Shown piece after piece: positions 48,869-59,686 of a stretch of DNA of 63,493 nucleotides. The notes beneath the pieces were generated by a model, which saw only the letters and a list, made by a program, of their open reading frames with translations, did not search any database and was not told the DNA's origin. Origin of the DNA: Acidiferrobacterales bacterium (GTDB lineage: Bacteria; Pseudomonadota; Gammaproteobacteria; Acidiferrobacterales; JAJDNE01); assembly GCA_048060695.1 (NCBI GenBank), contig JBGMQT010000006.1, positions 1 through 63,493 on the forward strand. Direction: 5' to 3'. The position numbers were made by a program, and so were the translations under genes. Each line of letters starts with the position of its first letter. Position 1 is the stretch's first letter.

Positions 48869-50308
48869 ATGATGAGAAGAACAAAAATTGTGGCGACTCT
48901 GGGTCCGGCCACCGATGATCCCAAGGTGCTCGACAAGCTGGTTGAGGCGCAGGTCGATGTGGTGCGTCTCAATTTTTCTCACGATACGCAGCAAAAGCAT
49001 CGTGAGCGTGCCGAAGCCGCTCGCGAACGCGCTTCTGCGCACGGTCGCCCGATCGGTGTTATTGCAGACTTGCAGGGACCCAAGATTCGAATCGGAAGTT
49101 TTAAAAACGGTTCGGTCAACATCGCGGAAGGTGACAACTTTATCCTTGATGTTAATCATCCGCTGGAAGAGGGAAATCAGGAGCGTGTTGGCCTGACCTA
49201 CACGCAGTTGCCGCAGGATGTCGATCGTGGCGCTACGCTATTGCTGGATGATGGCCGCATTGTATTGTGGGTGGAGGAAGTAAAAGGATCGGAAATAACC
49301 TGTCGTGTCGTAATCGGTGGACAACTTTCCGACAAGAAGGGCATCAATCGCCAGGGCGGCGGCTTGTCTGCCAAGGCGTTGACTGACAAAGACAAGTCAG
49401 ATATCAAAATTGCTGCCGAGATTGATGCAGATTACGTTGCGATATCGTTCCCTCGTGAGGCCGATGATATTCACGAGGCACGCAGACTACTGCGTGCAGC
49501 GGGTGGTCACGGTGGCATTATTGCCAAGATCGAACGTGCCGAGGCCGTGGAAAATATCAAGGAGATTATCGAAGCTTCCGACGCAATAATGGTCGCGCGC
49601 GGTGATCTTGGTGTCGAGATCGGTGATGCGGCGGTTCCGCCGATTCAGAAAAAACTGATCAAGATGGCACGTGAAATGAACAAGATCGTCATCACTGCTA
49701 CGCAAATGATGGAGTCCATGATCGAGAACGCCATGCCGACGCGTGCTGAAGTGTCCGATGTGGCCAATGCGGTTATAGATGGCACGGATGCAGTTATGCT
49801 GTCTGCAGAAACGGCCGCCGGTAAGTATCCTGTAGCTGCGGTTTCCGCCATGGACCGGGTGTGTAAGGTCGCGGAGCAGACGCGCGAAGTGACTCATTCC
49901 CTGCATCGTGTTGAAGTGAAATTCGAGCACATTGATGAAGCCATTGCCATGTCGACGATGTATTCGGCCAATCATCTACCGGTCAAGGCCATCGCTTCGC
50001 TAACCGAGTCTGGCTCGACACCCCTGTGGATGTCCCGAATCAGCTCTGGTGTACCGATTTACGCGCTGACGCCGCTGGTTTCAACGCGTCGTAAAGTGAC
50101 GCTGTATCGGGGTGTGTATCCGGTAAACTTCACACTGCCATCGGATGATCCAGTGGAAGTATTGCGGGAAGCAGTGGATGAATTACGACGTCGTTCGGCA
50201 GTGCGTGACGGCGATATAGTCGTGCTGACTATCGGTGAGCCACTGTCAAAACCCGGCGGCACTAATACCATGAAGATCGTACGGGTAGGCGACCCCATTG
50301 AAGAATAA
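48869..50308 (+). CDS. pyk: Pyruvate kinase
   Basis: RRTKIVATLGPAT, RLNFSH, MVARGDLG, ATQMMESM, DAVMLS; start 48869 or 48872. Confidence 0.97.
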   Translation: MMRRTKIVATLGPATDDPKVLDKLVEAQVDVVRLNFSHDTQQKHRERAEAARERASAHGRPIGVIADLQGPKIRIGSFKNGSVNIAEGDNFILDVNHPLEEGNQERVGLTYTQLPQDVDRGATLLLDDGRIVLWVEEVKGSEITCRVVIGGQLSDKKGINRQGGGLSAKALTDKDKSDIKIAAEIDADYVAISFPREADDIHEARRLLRAAGGHGGIIAKIERAEAVENIKEIIEASDAIMVARGDLGVEIGDAAVPPIQKKLIKMAREMNKIVITATQMMESMIENAMPTRAEVSDVANAVIDGTDAVMLSAETAAGKYPVAAVSAMDRVCKVAEQTREVTHSLHRVEVKFEHIDEAIAMSTMYSANHLPVKAIASLTESGSTPLWMSRISSGVPIYALTPLVSTRRKVTLYRGVYPVNFTLPSDDPVEVLREAVDELRRRSAVRDGDIVVLTIGEPLSKPGGTNTMKIVRVGDPIEE

Positions 50309-50379
50309 TTCAGCACTCTGCGTTATCGTTGCGTGCATTCAGAATTCAGATAACTAATCATTAAAGTCAGGAGGTCACA

Positions 50380-51444
50380 ATGCCTTTAGTATCAATGCGC
50401 CAGTTGCTGGACCATGCCGCCGAAAACGGTTACGGCCTGCCAGCATTCAATGTTAATAATATGGAACAAGTGCATGCCATCATGCAGGCAGCCGATGCCA
50501 CCAATAGCCCGGTGATCATGCAAGGTTCCGCCGGCGCTCGTTCTTACGCCGGTGAACCCTTCCTGCGCCATCTGATTACCGCCGCCGTGGAAATGTATCC
50601 GCATATTCCGGTCGTCATGCATCAGGATCATGGTTCCGAGCCTTCGGTTTGTCTGCGATCAATTCAAAGCGGATTTACTTCGGTAATGATGGACGGCTCA
50701 CTGATGGCCGATATGAAGACACCATCCAGCTTTGAATACAATGTCGAGGTCACCCGGACTGTAGTCGAATTTGCTCACGCCGGTGGTGTATCGGTAGAGG
50801 GTGAGCTGGGCTGCCTGGGTTCGCTCGAAACCGGTGAGATGGGCGAAGAAGATGGCCACGGTGCCGAAGGCAAACTCGATATGGACCAACTATTAACCGA
50901 TCCGGACGAAGCCGCTGACTTTGTCAAGAAGACCAGGGTCGATGCACTGGCAATCGCCATTGGTACCTCACACGGTGCCTACAAATTCACCAAGGAGCCG
51001 ACAGGTGATATTTTGCGAATTGATCGCATTAAAGAGATTCACGCCCGCATTCCGGACACCCATCTGGTAATGCACGGTTCGTCTTCAGTACCGCAAGACT
51101 GGCTCAAGATCATTAACGACTTCGGTGGCGACATGGGCCAGACTTACGGTGTACCGGTAGAGGAAATTGCAGAAGGCATCAAGCATGGTGTGCGCAAGGT
51201 GAATATCGATACCGATTTACGCATGGCTTCAACCGGTTCTATCCGCCGGCATTTAAGCGAAAATCCATCGAATTTTGACCCGCGCAAATTTCTTAAAGAA
51301 GCTACCAAAGGTATGATGGAAATCTGCAAGGCCCGCTATGAAGCCTTTGGTACCGCTGGTAATGCCGACAAGGTAAAGGCTATTTCCCTGGAGAAGATGT
51401 TCATGGACTATGCGGCCGGCAAGCTTGATCCGACAGTTAAATAA
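50380..51444 (+). CDS. fba: Fructose-bisphosphate aldolase class II (Calvin-cycle subtype)
   Basis: [35 protein letters not shown]. Confidence 0.97.
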   Translation: MPLVSMRQLLDHAAENGYGLPAFNVNNMEQVHAIMQAADATNSPVIMQGSAGARSYAGEPFLRHLITAAVEMYPHIPVVMHQDHGSEPSVCLRSIQSGFTSVMMDGSLMADMKTPSSFEYNVEVTRTVVEFAHAGGVSVEGELGCLGSLETGEMGEEDGHGAEGKLDMDQLLTDPDEAADFVKKTRVDALAIAIGTSHGAYKFTKEPTGDILRIDRIKEIHARIPDTHLVMHGSSSVPQDWLKIINDFGGDMGQTYGVPVEEIAEGIKHGVRKVNIDTDLRMASTGSIRRHLSENPSNFDPRKFLKEATKGMMEICKARYEAFGTAGNADKVKAISLEKMFMDYAAGKLDPTVK

Positions 51445-51466
51445 ACCACTATCTGGACGCTGCCAC

Positions 51467-51493
51467 AAAAAGGCCGCCTTGGGCGGCCTTTTT
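51467..51493 (+). terminator. Rho-independent terminator after fba
   Basis: AAAAAGGCCGCC-ttg-GGCGGCCTTTTT. Confidence 0.9.
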
Positions 51494-51566
51494 GCATATA
51501 TTAAAGTGATCTAGACCACGCCTTATTATACTATCTACATGTATATCTATTGAACTGGAGTTAGAT

Positions 51567-51929
51567 GTGAAGCGAATACTGGTTCTGGTAATGTTAGCGA
51601 GCATCGGCACGCTTGCCGGTTGTGCGTCGAGAGAGTCCGATATCATTATTGATCCGACTTACGTTGATCGGGCGCAATACAAGCAGGATTTCGCGGAGTG
51701 CGAGCGTCTCGCCGAACAAGTAAGACAGAAAGCAGGGGAACGTGCAGCAAAGGGAGCAGTTGTTGGCGGCCTCATTGGCGCAATCTTTGGTGGCCATGAT
51801 TCGATAAAAAAGGGCGCGGGCGTTGGCGCTGTATCGGGTGCTTCCAGGGGTTCGGCCGAAACCGAGCGCGAGAAGTTGCGCGTGATCAAGAATTGTCTAC
51901 GTCATCGTGGTTACACTGTTCTTAACTAG
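51567..51929 (+). CDS. Glycine-zipper lipoprotein
   Basis: Lipobox LAGC; GAVVGGLIGA/GAGVGAVSG zippers; C..A and CLRHRGY cysteine pair. Confidence 0.88.
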   Translation: MKRILVLVMLASIGTLAGCASRESDIIIDPTYVDRAQYKQDFAECERLAEQVRQKAGERAAKGAVVGGLIGAIFGGHDSIKKGAGVGAVSGASRGSAETEREKLRVIKNCLRHRGYTVLN

Positions 51930-51933
51930 GATA

Positions 51934-53625
51934 TTATTCCTGAATTATCCAGTCCAGATCCCGCATGCGATTTATTGTGGCCAGTAGCTCCTGAACTCGT
52001 GGCGCTGCAAAGTTCCCCATGTGATCATAAGGGGTAAATACATCGAGACCTTTTTCATTAATAATCCGCGAAATCTCTTCCATTCCTGCTAACAGGCTCA
52101 TGTTTTCCGGCAATATATTGTTGGCGTAGTATTTTACTATCCAGCCAATCGCCTCTGCCTGGCCGGTATCAACCAGTTGTTCCAGTTTGCTGATATCGAT
52201 TTTCTGATTTCCAAACACAATTTCATTTATTCCCCGGGCAGCAATTTTAGTTTTTCCACTACGACGCCAGTCCACTGATGCGGGATGGCGTGGCGATGAA
52301 ACTGAAACAGGTGACAAGGGCTGCGAAAGATGAGGCCCATTGCCCAGGGATTTCGCCTGTTGTGTGACATCCCGAATTTCATAATTGTCCATCATGACCA
52401 CAGTGTCGGAGATCGATAAATAGTCGCCCGAACCGCCCATGACAATAACGCTGGAAACATCATAATCCTCATAGAGTTCACGCACCCGGTGCAGGAAGGG
52501 TGTTATAGGTTCTTTTTCGTCGGCAACCAGTTTTTGCATACGTTGATCGCGAATCATGAAGTTGGTGGCGCTGGTGTCTTCGTCGATAAAAAGGGCACGA
52601 CTGCCGCTTTGCAATGCTTCGATGATATTGGCGGCCTGCGATGTGCTGCCGCTGGCGTTGTCAGTGGAAAAATCGGTGGTACTCCGGCCCAACGGTAGAT
52701 TGTTAATAAAGGCACTGATATCGAGCCGGGAAATGTTGCGCCCGTCTTCAGACCGAACTTTTACAGCACTCGCGTCAGTCACTGACGCCTCGCGCCCATC
52801 ACCCGGTACGTGGTCGTATACACCACGTTCGAGCGCACGCAGCAATGTCGATTTTCCATGGAACCCGCCACCCACGATCAATGTAATACCCTTTTTAATG
52901 CCAAGGCCGCGGAGATATCCCCGGTGGGGCAAATTAACCTCGACCGCAAGCGAATCCGGTGCGCGTAAAGGAATGACGCCGCTTGCCATTGGCCTGTCAT
53001 CGATACCCGATCGCCGTGGCAAAAGTGAACCATCAGCGAGAAAGGCAATCAGGCCAAGTTCACTCAGTGAATCGCGCAGGGATGACTGGTCCTCAATACA
53101 ATCAACATGAGCCATAAATTCACTCGCCGGCAGGTTCCTGTAGACAAGCGCAGTGCGGACCACCTGCGGTAACTCTTCAATCAGAATGCGTGTGGCGTCA
53201 TCAGCGAGAATCCGTCGGCCATCTGCCGGTAGACCAACAGTAATGCGGGCTTCGATACCGTTTGGCGTGATCAGTACGCAATTACGTTTCAGTACTTGCT
53301 GCCCATTGGCGGAGATCGCCACTTCGTCACTGTGTCCGCTACCGCGAGAGGTAGAAACATGTTGATCAATGGCGCCGCGCAGACAACGAGCGAGAAAATC
53401 CTCACACGCAGCTTGACGAACTGCACTGGACCAGAGGTGGGCCGGCATGCCGCAATTGGTATGGGAGATGTGCAGACTGATTCGTGACGGTTGGGCGAAG
53501 GGGTCACCTTGAACGTGATCGATACTAAGCTGGAATAATCCAAAATCGTATTCGCCTTTTAACTCCTTGTAGGCTTTGTACGATTTTTTCTGGAGCAGGT
53601 TAAGTCTCTTTTTCAGCCGATCCAT
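51934..53625 (-). CDS. Predicted ABC-class ATPase (COG3044-like)
   Basis: DHVQGDPFA, LPRRSG, GGGFHGKST, NASGSTSQAA, IDEDTSATNFMIRD. Confidence 0.88.
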   Translation of the reverse strand: MDRLKKRLNLLQKKSYKAYKELKGEYDFGLFQLSIDHVQGDPFAQPSRISLHISHTNCGMPAHLWSSAVRQAACEDFLARCLRGAIDQHVSTSRGSGHSDEVAISANGQQVLKRNCVLITPNGIEARITVGLPADGRRILADDATRILIEELPQVVRTALVYRNLPASEFMAHVDCIEDQSSLRDSLSELGLIAFLADGSLLPRRSGIDDRPMASGVIPLRAPDSLAVEVNLPHRGYLRGLGIKKGITLIVGGGFHGKSTLLRALERGVYDHVPGDGREASVTDASAVKVRSEDGRNISRLDISAFINNLPLGRSTTDFSTDNASGSTSQAANIIEALQSGSRALFIDEDTSATNFMIRDQRMQKLVADEKEPITPFLHRVRELYEDYDVSSVIVMGGSGDYLSISDTVVMMDNYEIRDVTQQAKSLGNGPHLSQPLSPVSVSSPRHPASVDWRRSGKTKIAARGINEIVFGNQKIDISKLEQLVDTGQAEAIGWIVKYYANNILPENMSLLAGMEEISRIINEKGLDVFTPYDHMGNFAAPRVQELLATINRMRDLDWIIQE

Positions 53626-53679
53626 ATGAGTCAGGGTTGTCGCTGAGGGTCTATTAACAGAGTATGGCGAAAAGAGTGC

Positions 53680-54591
53680 CTATTTTACACCTTTGGGCAT
53701 CATTGAAGCCGCCTCATTCAACACAAAGTCTTTAAACGCATGGGCTACCGGGGACAGTCGCTTGCCCTCACGATGCACCACATACCAGTGACGCAGGATG
53801 GGAAAGGCGCGCGCGTCGAGGATGGTAAGACGTTTTGTTTCCAGCTCCAGCTCGAGCGTATGGGTGGATACGATGCCCAACCCGAGCCCCGCCTCAACGG
53901 CCTGTTTAATCGCTTCGTTGCTGGTCATTTCCATACCCGTTGTGAGTCTGGCGCCACGCTCGGCAAAATAACGCTCCATGGCGATGCGAGTACCGGATCC
54001 TTGCTCGCGTACCACGAAGGTTTCCTCCTGCAAACGCTCGAAGGGAATCTGTTTTTTACGGGCAAGGGGATGATCGGGCGGCGCGATTACCACCAACGGA
54101 TTGTCCATAAAGGCCTCGGTGATCAAATCCAGCTCCTTTGGCGGTAGGCCCATAATAACCAGGTCCGTCTCGTTGTTTATCAGCTGGGTTAGCAGTCCGG
54201 CGCGGTTGGTCACATCCAGCATCACGGTAATGCCCTCATGTAATTTGGAAAACGCAGCCAATAACCGTGTGGCAAAATAGTTGGCGGTACTGGCGACCGA
54301 GATGCGCAGGCGACCACGGCCGAGTCCTTTCATGGCCTCCAGTATCTCGTCAACCTCGTCCAGCTGGCGGGAAATGGAACTGGAGTAGCCGTATAGCTCT
54401 TTGCCTGCCTCCGTCAGATAGATCTTCTTGCCCAGACGTTCGAACAAGGGCAGGCCGATATTTCCCTCTAACTGCTTGATTTGCATGGAAACAGCCGGCT
54501 GCGTCAGGTGGAGTTTCTCGGCCGCGCGGGTATAGCCCCCATGTTTAGCCACGGATTCGAAGACTTTCAGCTGTCGAAGTGTCACATGCAT
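53680..54591 (-). CDS. cbbR: LysR-type regulator CbbR
   Basis: MHVTLRQL..FE, LHLTQPAVSMQ, REQGSGTR, SNEAIKQAV; divergent from RuBisCO. Confidence 0.93.
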   Translation of the reverse strand: MHVTLRQLKVFESVAKHGGYTRAAEKLHLTQPAVSMQIKQLEGNIGLPLFERLGKKIYLTEAGKELYGYSSSISRQLDEVDEILEAMKGLGRGRLRISVASTANYFATRLLAAFSKLHEGITVMLDVTNRAGLLTQLINNETDLVIMGLPPKELDLITEAFMDNPLVVIAPPDHPLARKKQIPFERLQEETFVVREQGSGTRIAMERYFAERGARLTTGMEMTSNEAIKQAVEAGLGLGIVSTHTLELELETKRLTILDARAFPILRHWYVVHREGKRLSPVAHAFKDFVLNEAASMMPKGVK

Positions 54592-54593
54592 AT

Positions 54594-54640
54594 ATAAATA
54601 AAACCTTATGAATAAGATCAATAACTCTTAGTTTTAATTA
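54594..54640. promoter_or_regulatory. Candidate CbbR (T-N11-A) binding region
   Basis: Overlapping TCA-N7-TTA (54618-54630) and TTA-N7-TTA (54628-54640), plus ATAA-N8-TTAT (54594-54609), between cbbR and cbbM. Confidence 0.6.
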
Positions 54641-54815
54641 TGATCTGATCCACGTAGAGTCGCAAGCCCTGACCGAATGATGACTATGAATAAGACGGGT
54701 TGTCGGGCCAATAGGGCCACATCTGAAGAGTTTGACCGGGCTCCGAAATCCCGGTTCTGGCACTGATGTCACTATGTACGAATAGGGTATTTTTTAAAAA
54801 GTTTAGGAGATCACA

Positions 54816-56195
54816 ATGGATCAATCAGCACGCTATTCAGACCTGAGTCTGAAAGAAGAAGATTTATTAGCCGACGGCAAGCACGTTCTGGTGGCATACA
54901 AAATGGAGCCATCTGCCGGGTATGGTTATCTTTCAACGGCTGCCCACTTCGCAGCGGAATCTTCAACCGGCACCAATGTTGAGGTTTGTACAACGGATGA
55001 CTTCACCAAGGGTGTGGATGCTTTGGTCTATCAAATTGACGAAGCAAATCTCGATATGCGCATTGCTTACCCGGTTGAGCTGTTCGACCGTAACGTGATT
55101 GACGGTCGCGCTATGCTGGTGTCATTGCTGACGCTGATTATCGGTAACAACCAGGGTATGGGAGATGTAAAAGAAGCCAAAATTTATGACTTCTGGATTC
55201 CACCCAAATTCCTGCAATTGTTCGACGGCCCTTCGATGGATATCTCCGACATGTGGCGTACCCTGGGCCGTCCACTGGTAGATGGTGGTTATATTGCGGG
55301 AACTATCATCAAGCCAAAATTAGGCCTGCGCCCCGAGCCGTTTGCTGATGCGGCATACCAGTTCTGGCTGGGTGGTGATTTCATCAAAAACGATGAACCT
55401 CAAGGCAACCAGACTTTTTGCCCAATGAAGAAAGTTATTCCATTGGTCGCAGAATCCATGAAACGTGCGCAGGATGAAACAGGCGAAGCAAAGTTATTTT
55501 CTGCCAACATTACTGCTGACGATTACCACGAAATGTGTGCACGCGCCGATTTCGTCCTGGAAACATTTGGTGAGGACGCGTCGCATGTAGCGTTCCTGGT
55601 TGATGGTTTTGTTGGTGGGCCCGGTATGGTGACGACAGCACGTCGTCAGTACCCTAACCAGTACCTGCACTACCATCGTGCCGGCCACGGTATGGTAACG
55701 TCACCTTCCGCAAAACGTGGTTATGATGCCTATGTTTTGGCCAAGTTTGCACGTTTGCAAGGGGCTTCCGGCATCCACGTCGGCACCATGGGGTACGGCA
55801 AGATGGAAGGCTCCAATGATGACAAGCTTATTGCATACATGATTGAGCGTGATGAGTGCCAGGGACCAGCGTACTATCAGAAGTGGTATGGCATGAAACC
55901 AACTACCCCGATCATCTCGGGTGGTATGAATGCGCTACGCCTGCCTGGTTTCTTTGAAAACCTGGGTCATGGCAATGTTATCAACACCTCCGGTGGCGGT
56001 TCTTACGGTCACATAGACTCACCGGCTGCGGGTGCTAGATCACTGCATCAGGCATTCCAGTGCTGGAAGGAAGGCGCGGACCCAATCGAATTTGCGAAAG
56101 AGCATAAAGAATTTGCTCGCGCATTCGAGTCGTTCCCGGGTGATGCCGACCAGATCTTCCCGGGCTGGAGAGACAAACTGGGCGTTCACAAGTAG
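54816..56195 (+). CDS. cbbM: RuBisCO form II
   Basis: MDQSARY start, [34 protein letters not shown]; no small subunit gene. Confidence 0.98.
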   Translation: MDQSARYSDLSLKEEDLLADGKHVLVAYKMEPSAGYGYLSTAAHFAAESSTGTNVEVCTTDDFTKGVDALVYQIDEANLDMRIAYPVELFDRNVIDGRAMLVSLLTLIIGNNQGMGDVKEAKIYDFWIPPKFLQLFDGPSMDISDMWRTLGRPLVDGGYIAGTIIKPKLGLRPEPFADAAYQFWLGGDFIKNDEPQGNQTFCPMKKVIPLVAESMKRAQDETGEAKLFSANITADDYHEMCARADFVLETFGEDASHVAFLVDGFVGGPGMVTTARRQYPNQYLHYHRAGHGMVTSPSAKRGYDAYVLAKFARLQGASGIHVGTMGYGKMEGSNDDKLIAYMIERDECQGPAYYQKWYGMKPTTPIISGGMNALRLPGFFENLGHGNVINTSGGGSYGHIDSPAAGARSLHQAFQCWKEGADPIEFAKEHKEFARAFESFPGDADQIFPGWRDKLGVHK

Positions 56196-56219
56196 GCGAT
56201 TGCTTGTTGATACGGAGTC

Positions 56220-56250
56220 AAAAAAGCCCCTGCATGCAGGGGCTTTTTTT
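56220..56250 (+). terminator. Terminator/stabilising hairpin between cbbM and cbbQ
   Basis: Perfect palindrome AAAAAAGCCCCTGCATGCAGGGGCTTTTTT. Confidence 0.85.
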
Positions 56251-56316
56251 CTAAACAGCATGTTTCTGATTTAATCATTCATTATAGAATAGCTATCACG
56301 ACACAGGACTAAGCTT

Positions 56317-57138
56317 ATGAGCAATCAAGATCAAAGCATTGATATTGAGCAATACAAAGTAGTGAAGGAACCCTATTACGAGCAGTTAGGGAATGAAGTG
56401 ACTTTGTATGAGGCGGCCTATGAAGCTCGACTACCCGTAATGATCAAGGGCCCGACAGGATGCGGTAAGTCACGCTTCATCGAATATATGGCCTGGAAAC
56501 TGAAGAAACCACTAATCACGGTGGCTTGTAACGAAGACATGACCGCTTCTGATCTGGTAGGACGTTACTTGCTGGACGCCGATGGCACGCGCTGGCTGGA
56601 TGGCCCACTAACAACAGCTGCACGAATAGGCGCCATTTGTTATCTGGATGAAATTGTTGAAGCCCGTCAAGATACCACCGTGGTGATCCACCCGCTCACC
56701 GATCACCGTCGTCAATTACCACTGGACAAAAAAGGTGAACTAATCGACGCGCATCCCGATTTTCAGCTGGTTATATCCTACAACCCTGGTTATCAGAGCC
56801 TTATGAAAGATCTGAAGCAGTCCACCAAGCAACGATTTACAGGGATGGATTTTGACTATCCTACCGCGAAGGTAGAGGCCAGCATTGTTGAAAAAGAAAC
56901 TGGTGTGGATGCAGAGACCGCAAAAAAACTGGTCAAAATGGGCGAAACCGCGCGTAATCTGAAAGGCCACGGTCTGGATGAAGGTATTTCCACTCGCCTG
57001 TTAACGTACGCTGCCACGTTAATCATTGGCGGCATTGAGCCTGTTGACGCATGCCGTATGGCGCTGGTGAGGCCAATAACCGATGACGCGGATATTCGCA
57101 GCACCCTGGACCACGCGATTGATACCATATTTGCATAA
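56317..57138 (+). CDS. cbbQ: RuBisCO activase AAA+ CbbQ
   Basis: KGPTGCGKS, CNEDMTASDL, LDEIVEARQD, SYNPGY, STRLL. Confidence 0.96.
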   Translation: MSNQDQSIDIEQYKVVKEPYYEQLGNEVTLYEAAYEARLPVMIKGPTGCGKSRFIEYMAWKLKKPLITVACNEDMTASDLVGRYLLDADGTRWLDGPLTTAARIGAICYLDEIVEARQDTTVVIHPLTDHRRQLPLDKKGELIDAHPDFQLVISYNPGYQSLMKDLKQSTKQRFTGMDFDYPTAKVEASIVEKETGVDAETAKKLVKMGETARNLKGHGLDEGISTRLLTYAATLIIGGIEPVDACRMALVRPITDDADIRSTLDHAIDTIFA

Positions 57139-57176
57139 TGTCCAACTTTCGGTATCTACCACGAGAATAGTTGATC

Positions 57177-59486
57177 ATGAGCCTGGCTGCACCGGATAAA
57201 CATATCGGAACCGATCTCAGTGCTGAGATGCAGGCATTTCGGGATAAACTGAAATGCGGCTTTAAAGATCTGGACGATGTTTTTGTTGATTGTATGTCCG
57301 GCGCGTTGGCAGTCCTGTCCACTCAGGGTATTCGGGATTACCTGAAGGGTGCGTCGCTGATCTGCATGATTGGTCGTGGATTTGAGCCAGTACTGGTTTA
57401 CCTGGAAGAGATGCCCGGCGTCGCGAAACAACTGGGTGAAAGTACGTTATCAACGGTTTCGCAGACAGTATGGGACATGTCGCGCAGCCCCAACGGTAAT
57501 GCTATCCCGCCTTTTCTAAACACCATAGCTGAAGCAGCTCGCCGTCTTGGCAGTGAAGAGCAGCTGAAACATTACATTGATATGCTGATGAATATGATGG
57601 AACGCACGACCGGTTCTATCCATGGATTTCATACGACTATTCCCAGTCCAGGCCTGCCCGATCTTCTTAACCAGATGCCATATTTACTTGGCGAACTGTC
57701 TCTCGAAGGCATAAAAAACTGGATAGACTACGGCATCAATAATTATGGTAACCACCCTGAACGGCAAAAAGATTTTTTCTGTCTCCAGTCGGCCGATAGC
57801 AGGGCAGTATTGAGCCGCGAACGGCATGGCACTCTCTTTATTGATAACGAACGCAGGCTCGACCTGTATCTCAAAGCACTTTGGCAACAGCGGTCCTACC
57901 TGATTCCATATTCGAATGCATTTGACCAATTACGCAAACCCGTTCCCTACTACGACCATCTCGGTATCCGCGTGCCAGACGTGTATGACGACAAAGAGAT
58001 CCCCGGTGGAAGAATTGCAGGAATTGATCGGTACCGCGCGGTACTGGCCCATATCGCTGCGCACCAGCGCTGGACCACGGCAATTATTGCCGACAACTTC
58101 AGCCCATTTCAGCGCATCGCTATTGAAACACTGGAAGACTCGCGTATTGAGTATCTGGCGATGCAACAATATCCAGGTCTGAGAGGACTGTTCTTGTCAT
58201 TACATCCGGTGCCAAAAGAAGATGCCTGCAAACCAGAGAATGAATCCTGCATTCGCCATCGTCTGGCGATGTTGTCCTACGGTATTCTTGATTCCGGTCA
58301 CGGGTATAAAAACCCGGATTTGCTGGAATGCATAAAGCAATTTCACGATGTGATGCAGCAGGAAAATACTTCGACTAAAGATATTGTTCAAATCGCCGTA
58401 TCCTATATTGCCAAAACCCGTCGCCAAACAGACCAATCACCCAAAGTACATTTTGAAGATACCGAAGTGGACTATCGCGACGACAATCGTCACATGTGGA
58501 TGTTTATTGAAGAAGGTGACGAAGAAGAGGCGTTTGAAGACAATCGTGAAGTCAAACAAAACGAAAGCGAGTTTGATGGCCTGCCACCACGCCATTACAA
58601 GGAATGGGACTACCATACCAAGACCTACCGCCCGGATTGGGTAAGCCTGTATGAAACGCTGCACCCAAAGGGCAACGCATCTGATATCGACAAACTTCTC
58701 AATAAACATGCAGGTCTGGCGAAACAATTAAAACGTGTTCTGGACATGCTAAAACCACAACGGTATGTACGTGTCCGCTACCAGGAAGAAGGAAGCGAAC
58801 TGGATCTTGATGTGGCAATTCGTTCCTTGATTGATTTCAGGAGCGGTGCCCAGCCTGATCCACGTATCAACATGAGCCATCGGCACGATGGGCGCGACAT
58901 TGCAGTGATGTTATTACTGGATTTATCTGCGTCACTGGCAGATACCCCCGAGGGTTGCGAACAAACCATTCTTGAATTGAGTCAGGAAGCGGTTGCTTTA
59001 CTCGGTTGGGCAATTGAGCACCTGGGTGACAAATTTGCCATTGCTGGTTTTTCATCGAACACGCGCCACGAGGTACGTTATCAGCATATTAAAGGCTATA
59101 GCGAACACTGGAACGATGACGTCAAGGCGCGTCTGGCAGCTATGGAAGCGGGTTATTCCACGCGTATGGGAGCAGCCTTGCGTCATGCCGCTCACTATCT
59201 GGGCGCACAAAAGGCAGAGAAAAAGTTATTGCTGGTGCTCACCGATGGCGAGCCATCCGACATTGACGTTGATGATCAGCGTCTGTTGATCAAGGATGCG
59301 CACAAGGCGGTACAGGAGCTTGATCAGGATGGAATCTATACCTATTGCATTAACCTCGATGCCAATGTACGACCCGGTGAAGACGATTACGTTACCGAAA
59401 TCTTTGGTAATCAGTATACGGTGATAGACCGGATAGAGCGTCTGCCGGAGAAATTACCGCAACTCTTTATGGCTCTAACGGGATAA
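57177..59486 (+). CDS. cbbO: VWA-domain adaptor CbbO
   Basis: EWDY, LDLDVAIR, LLDLSAS (MIDAS), TRMGAALRHA, LTDGEP. Confidence 0.95.
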   Translation: MSLAAPDKHIGTDLSAEMQAFRDKLKCGFKDLDDVFVDCMSGALAVLSTQGIRDYLKGASLICMIGRGFEPVLVYLEEMPGVAKQLGESTLSTVSQTVWDMSRSPNGNAIPPFLNTIAEAARRLGSEEQLKHYIDMLMNMMERTTGSIHGFHTTIPSPGLPDLLNQMPYLLGELSLEGIKNWIDYGINNYGNHPERQKDFFCLQSADSRAVLSRERHGTLFIDNERRLDLYLKALWQQRSYLIPYSNAFDQLRKPVPYYDHLGIRVPDVYDDKEIPGGRIAGIDRYRAVLAHIAAHQRWTTAIIADNFSPFQRIAIETLEDSRIEYLAMQQYPGLRGLFLSLHPVPKEDACKPENESCIRHRLAMLSYGILDSGHGYKNPDLLECIKQFHDVMQQENTSTKDIVQIAVSYIAKTRRQTDQSPKVHFEDTEVDYRDDNRHMWMFIEEGDEEEAFEDNREVKQNESEFDGLPPRHYKEWDYHTKTYRPDWVSLYETLHPKGNASDIDKLLNKHAGLAKQLKRVLDMLKPQRYVRVRYQEEGSELDLDVAIRSLIDFRSGAQPDPRINMSHRHDGRDIAVMLLLDLSASLADTPEGCEQTILELSQEAVALLGWAIEHLGDKFAIAGFSSNTRHEVRYQHIKGYSEHWNDDVKARLAAMEAGYSTRMGAALRHAAHYLGAQKAEKKLLLVLTDGEPSDIDVDDQRLLIKDAHKAVQELDQDGIYTYCINLDANVRPGEDDYVTEIFGNQYTVIDRIERLPEKLPQLFMALTG

Positions 59487-59686
59487 AAAATGGATGCACT
59501 GCGGCCTCACCCCATTATAGATTGCCGGACCACTACCCCCAATTAGCCGCTATACTATTTATAACTTTCCCGACCAAATACGCGCTGGTAAAAATACCTG
59601 TTTCGGGGATGACGGGTTGGTATAAAATGCCACCTGGTCAAATTAGCAACTTCTAATATAGGGAAACGGCGAGTAGCCAGCTAGTA

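Noticed and set aside
48329-49159. 276-aa antisense ORF and the 85-aa N-terminal extension of pyk in the ORF track
   Set aside because: Overlap pgk/pyk; the conserved pyruvate kinase N-terminus (RRTKIV) starts near 48869.
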